Source of the DNA: Candidatus Parcubacteria bacterium
GTDB taxonomy: Bacteria > Patescibacteriota > Minisyncoccia > Phycocordibacterales > UBA2100
Direction: 5' to 3'
NCBI GenBank assembly: GCA_003599175.1
Contig: QZIY01000024.1
Span: 1-54,069, forward strand
Length of the DNA stretch: 54,069 nucleotides
A program made the translations under genes and the position numbers. How positions within the stretch are numbered: position 1 is the stretch's first letter; every line of letters begins with the position of its first letter. This document shows positions 51,886 through 54,069 of the stretch, piece by piece. Below the pieces are notes generated by a model. It searched no databases. It saw nothing but the letters and a program-made list of their open reading frames with translations, and was not told where the DNA came from.

Positions 51886-51988
51886 TAGTACGTAGAACGT
51901 AGTTCGTAGTACGTAGAAAAAACATGAAAAAATCAGGTACAATAAGAAGCGTTCAGACTACGTACTACGTTCTACAAACTACGAACTA
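51886..51988. repeat. ACGTAG-type short-repeat inverted arms forming a long imperfect hairpin (pilT-pilC intergenic)
   Basis: TTAGTACGTAGAACGTAGTTCGTAGTACGTAG (51886-51916) versus GACTACGTACTACGTTCTACAAACTACGAACTA (51955-51988). Confidence 0.55.
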
Positions 51989-51992
51989 GCAT

Positions 51993-53207
51993 ATGGCTGT
52001 ATTTAAATACAAAGCACTTGATGCAGAAGGGAACAAGCGGGAGGGTACGATCGACGCGCCATCGATTGATCTTGCGATCTCCGCCCTGCAGCGCCGCGGC
52101 CTCATCATTGCCGCGATTGATCCAGAGAACGAGAAAAAGAAGCTCGGGCTGAAGACGGGTATCGCGATTTTCGATCGTGTCGCCCCGTCCGACATTGTGA
52201 TGATTTCGCGTCAGATGACGACGCTCTTTGAGGCGCAGGTCTCGGCCCTCCGCGCGTTCCGACTTCTTGCCGCAGAGGCGCGTACCGAAAAATTGGCCAC
52301 GATTTTGAATACGGTCGCCAACGACATCCAAGGCGGCAGCGCGATCTCAGCCGCGCTCTCCAACCACCCGCAGGTCTTTTCCGCCTTCTACGTCAACATG
52401 GTGAAAGCAGGCGAGGAGTCTGGTAAGCTCGATGAGACGTTCTCCTTCCTCGCGGATTACCTCGATCGCAACTACGAAGTTGCCTCCAAGGCGAAGAATG
52501 CGTTAATCTATCCTGCGTTCATCATCATCACCTTCGGCATCGTCATGACCTTGATGATGACGCTCGTCATTCCGAATCTCGCGAAAATGCTCACCGAATC
52601 CGGCCAGGCAGTGCCGATCTATACGCAGATTGTCATCGGCATCTCTCTGTTTATGAAAAATTACTTTATCTTCCTCTTCATCGGATTCATCGGCGGCTGC
52701 TTCGCGCTCATTCGCTATGCGCAGACAGAAAAAGGGAAACTCGTCATTGCGCAGGCGCGGCTCGAGATGCCAGGCGTGGGTGATGTGTATAAAAAGGTCT
52801 TTCTTTCACGCATCGCCGACAATCTCTCGACGATGCTCCGCAGTGGTATACAAGTCTTGCGCGCGCTCGAAATTACGGGCGATGTCGTGCAAGATCCGAT
52901 CTACCAGAAGGTGCTCGCCGATGCGGCGGTGGACGTAAAGGGTGGTATGCCGCTCTCCGATGCCTTCCGCAAACACGAAGAAATCCCGGGTATTATCGTC
53001 GCCATGGTCAAAATTGGCGAGGAGACGGGTAACATGAGCGAAATCCTCTCGACCATGGCCAAGTTCTACCGCCGTGAAGTCAATAATGCGGTAGACACAT
53101 TGGTCGGGCTCATCGAACCGTTCATTATCGTGATTCTCGCCGTCGGCGTCGCCGTCCTCCTTGCGTCCGTACTCATGCCGATCTACAACATCGCGACGAG
53201 CTTCTAG
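51993..53207 (+). CDS. pilC: type IV pilus inner-membrane platform protein PilC (GspF family)
   Basis: Two T2SSF repeats (ISRQMTTLFEAQVS / LSRIADNLSTMLRSGIQ); 3 TM. Confidence 0.9.
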   Translation: MAVFKYKALDAEGNKREGTIDAPSIDLAISALQRRGLIIAAIDPENEKKKLGLKTGIAIFDRVAPSDIVMISRQMTTLFEAQVSALRAFRLLAAEARTEKLATILNTVANDIQGGSAISAALSNHPQVFSAFYVNMVKAGEESGKLDETFSFLADYLDRNYEVASKAKNALIYPAFIIITFGIVMTLMMTLVIPNLAKMLTESGQAVPIYTQIVIGISLFMKNYFIFLFIGFIGGCFALIRYAQTEKGKLVIAQARLEMPGVGDVYKKVFLSRIADNLSTMLRSGIQVLRALEITGDVVQDPIYQKVLADAAVDVKGGMPLSDAFRKHEEIPGIIVAMVKIGEETGNMSEILSTMAKFYRREVNNAVDTLVGLIEPFIIVILAVGVAVLLASVLMPIYNIATSF

Positions 53208-53209
53208 GT

Positions 53210-53821
53210 ATGGAATCAAGGTTTCAGGTTTCAGGCTTCAGGTTTCAGAAAATACGCAGCCACTCTGCATTTCCCCTGAAAGCTGAAAGCTGGCGGCTGA
53301 CAGCTGGTTCCTCCCGCGCTTCGCGCGGCTTCACCCTCATCGAATTGCTCGTGGTGATCGCGATTATCGGCATCCTCTCGGCGGTCGTTTTGTCATCGCT
53401 CACCAATATCCGAGGAAAGGCGCGCATTGCTGTAGCACAACAGACCCTCCGCTCCGCGGTAACGGGATTGTCTCTGTGTCTCAGCGATAACCTTCCGATT
53501 ACGGGGCCGGCAATGACCAATACAGGCGCAGGGACAGGCAATACAACAGGTACCATGTGTGCGGGCGGCGCTACATACCCCAAGCTCCCCACTGGCTGGA
53601 TCTATTGCAACGGGGCAGTACAGGGAACCGGTGCTGGAGATTCGACGGCGGCAACGCCAGTGTGTAGAAATTCAGCTCTGTATACACAGTTCCAGCCAGC
53701 GGGAACACCGCAGGCAGTGCCATTCAGGATTACCGTGTATTCATCGGAGGATAAATGGATGGTGCAGTACAACATGACGACGACGCCATCCGCACAGTAC
53801 ACGAGCCAGGCAGCGCTCTAG
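53210..53821 (+). CDS. prepilin-type N-terminal cleavage/methylation-domain pilin with unusually long leader
   Basis: [22 protein letters not shown] class III signal, preceded by ~40 codons that include the heptamer repeats. No alternative ATG/GTG/TTG lies closer to the pilin core. Confidence 0.7.
   Translation: MESRFQVSGFRFQKIRSHSAFPLKAESWRLTAGSSRASRGFTLIELLVVIAIIGILSAVVLSSLTNIRGKARIAVAQQTLRSAVTGLSLCLSDNLPITGPAMTNTGAGTGNTTGTMCAGGATYPKLPTGWIYCNGAVQGTGAGDSTAATPVCRNSALYTQFQPAGTPQAVPFRITVYSSEDKWMVQYNMTTTPSAQYTSQAAL
53219..53246 (+). repeat. heptanucleotide tandem repeat (AGGTTTC)2-(AGGCTTC)-(AGGTTTC) inside the pilin leader
   Basis: Read directly. A partially complementary (CTGAAAG)x2 lies at 53276-53289. 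Confidence 0.75.
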
Positions 53822-53934
53822 CCCTGGTTATCCACACGTTGTAGCCAAAAAAGGCCGGGTAGACTGGAGAACGGCTATACTTGCACTGTAACGATACAGA
53901 TTGTTTTTATTTAATCTAATTGTTTTATTAAAAT

Positions 53935-54069
53935 ATGATGAATGTTAGGAGTGAGAGGTCGGGTAGTTCAAAGGGCTTCACCCTCATCGAACTTCTCGTG
54001 GTGATCGCGATTATCGGTATTCTCTCAGCAGTTGTCTTGGCGTCGCTCGGTAACTCCCGCGCCCGAGCG
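53935..54069 (+). CDS. second prepilin-type pilin, 5' part only (runs off the window)
   Basis: [45 protein letters not shown]. Frame open to the end of the window. Confidence 0.7.
   Translation, partial: MMNVRSERSGSSKGFTLIELLVVIAIIGILSAVVLASLGNSRARA

Noticed and set aside
1-54069. CRISPR arrays, rRNA genes, reverse transcriptase/retron or DGR components, transposase genes
   Set aside because: I looked for regularly spaced direct repeats, rRNA-like segments, YxDD motifs and DDE transposases in the ORF track and the sequence. None was found.

Overview
This 54-kb window looks like a Patescibacteria/CPR-type genome. That is an inference from gene content only: a PilM-N-O-B-T-C type IV pilus cluster, many secreted coiled-coil plus peptidoglycan-binding proteins, many tiny membrane proteins, free-standing LAGLIDADG genes and promoters placed for leaderless mRNAs.

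Layout:
- **1-8.3 kb, core genes:** NUDIX hydrolase, recG, class IV aminotransferase, phosphoglycerate mutase.
- **8.3-29.7 kb, accessory block:** it is bracketed by two mirror-image, diverged LAGLIDADG + tRNA-Ser(GCT) modules. Inside are two large serine recombinases, an MBL-fold/membrane gene pair and a DsbA/CxxC thiol-redox cluster. There are also two CsoR/RcnR-headed metal modules (P1B ATPase, multicopper oxidase, cupredoxin, YHS, His-rich DUF2933 peptides, duplicated ATP-cone-REase genes). The block ends with a 4.3-kb cro/cI-rep-integrase element whose integrase ORF reads into the tRNA.
- **30.8-39.6 kb:** trhO followed by a toxin/defence island (frameshifted zeta toxin, MazG, a GIY-YIG-DUF2075-S24 fusion, an OLD ATPase-TOPRIM nuclease, Fic, HNH).
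- **39.7-45.6 kb:** surface protein, ECF sigma/anti-sigma pair, arginase-family enzyme, ComF, pterin dehydratase.
- **45.7-54.07 kb:** type IV pilus genes and two pilins.

The best candidate for an undescribed system is the MazG / GIY-YIG-DUF2075-S24 / OLD cassette at 33.09-37.31 kb. Its helicase-like protein carries what looks like a fully cleavage-competent LexA/UmuD-type autoprotease. No CRISPR array, rRNA or reverse transcriptase was seen. All domain calls come from motifs read by eye, and no database search was run.
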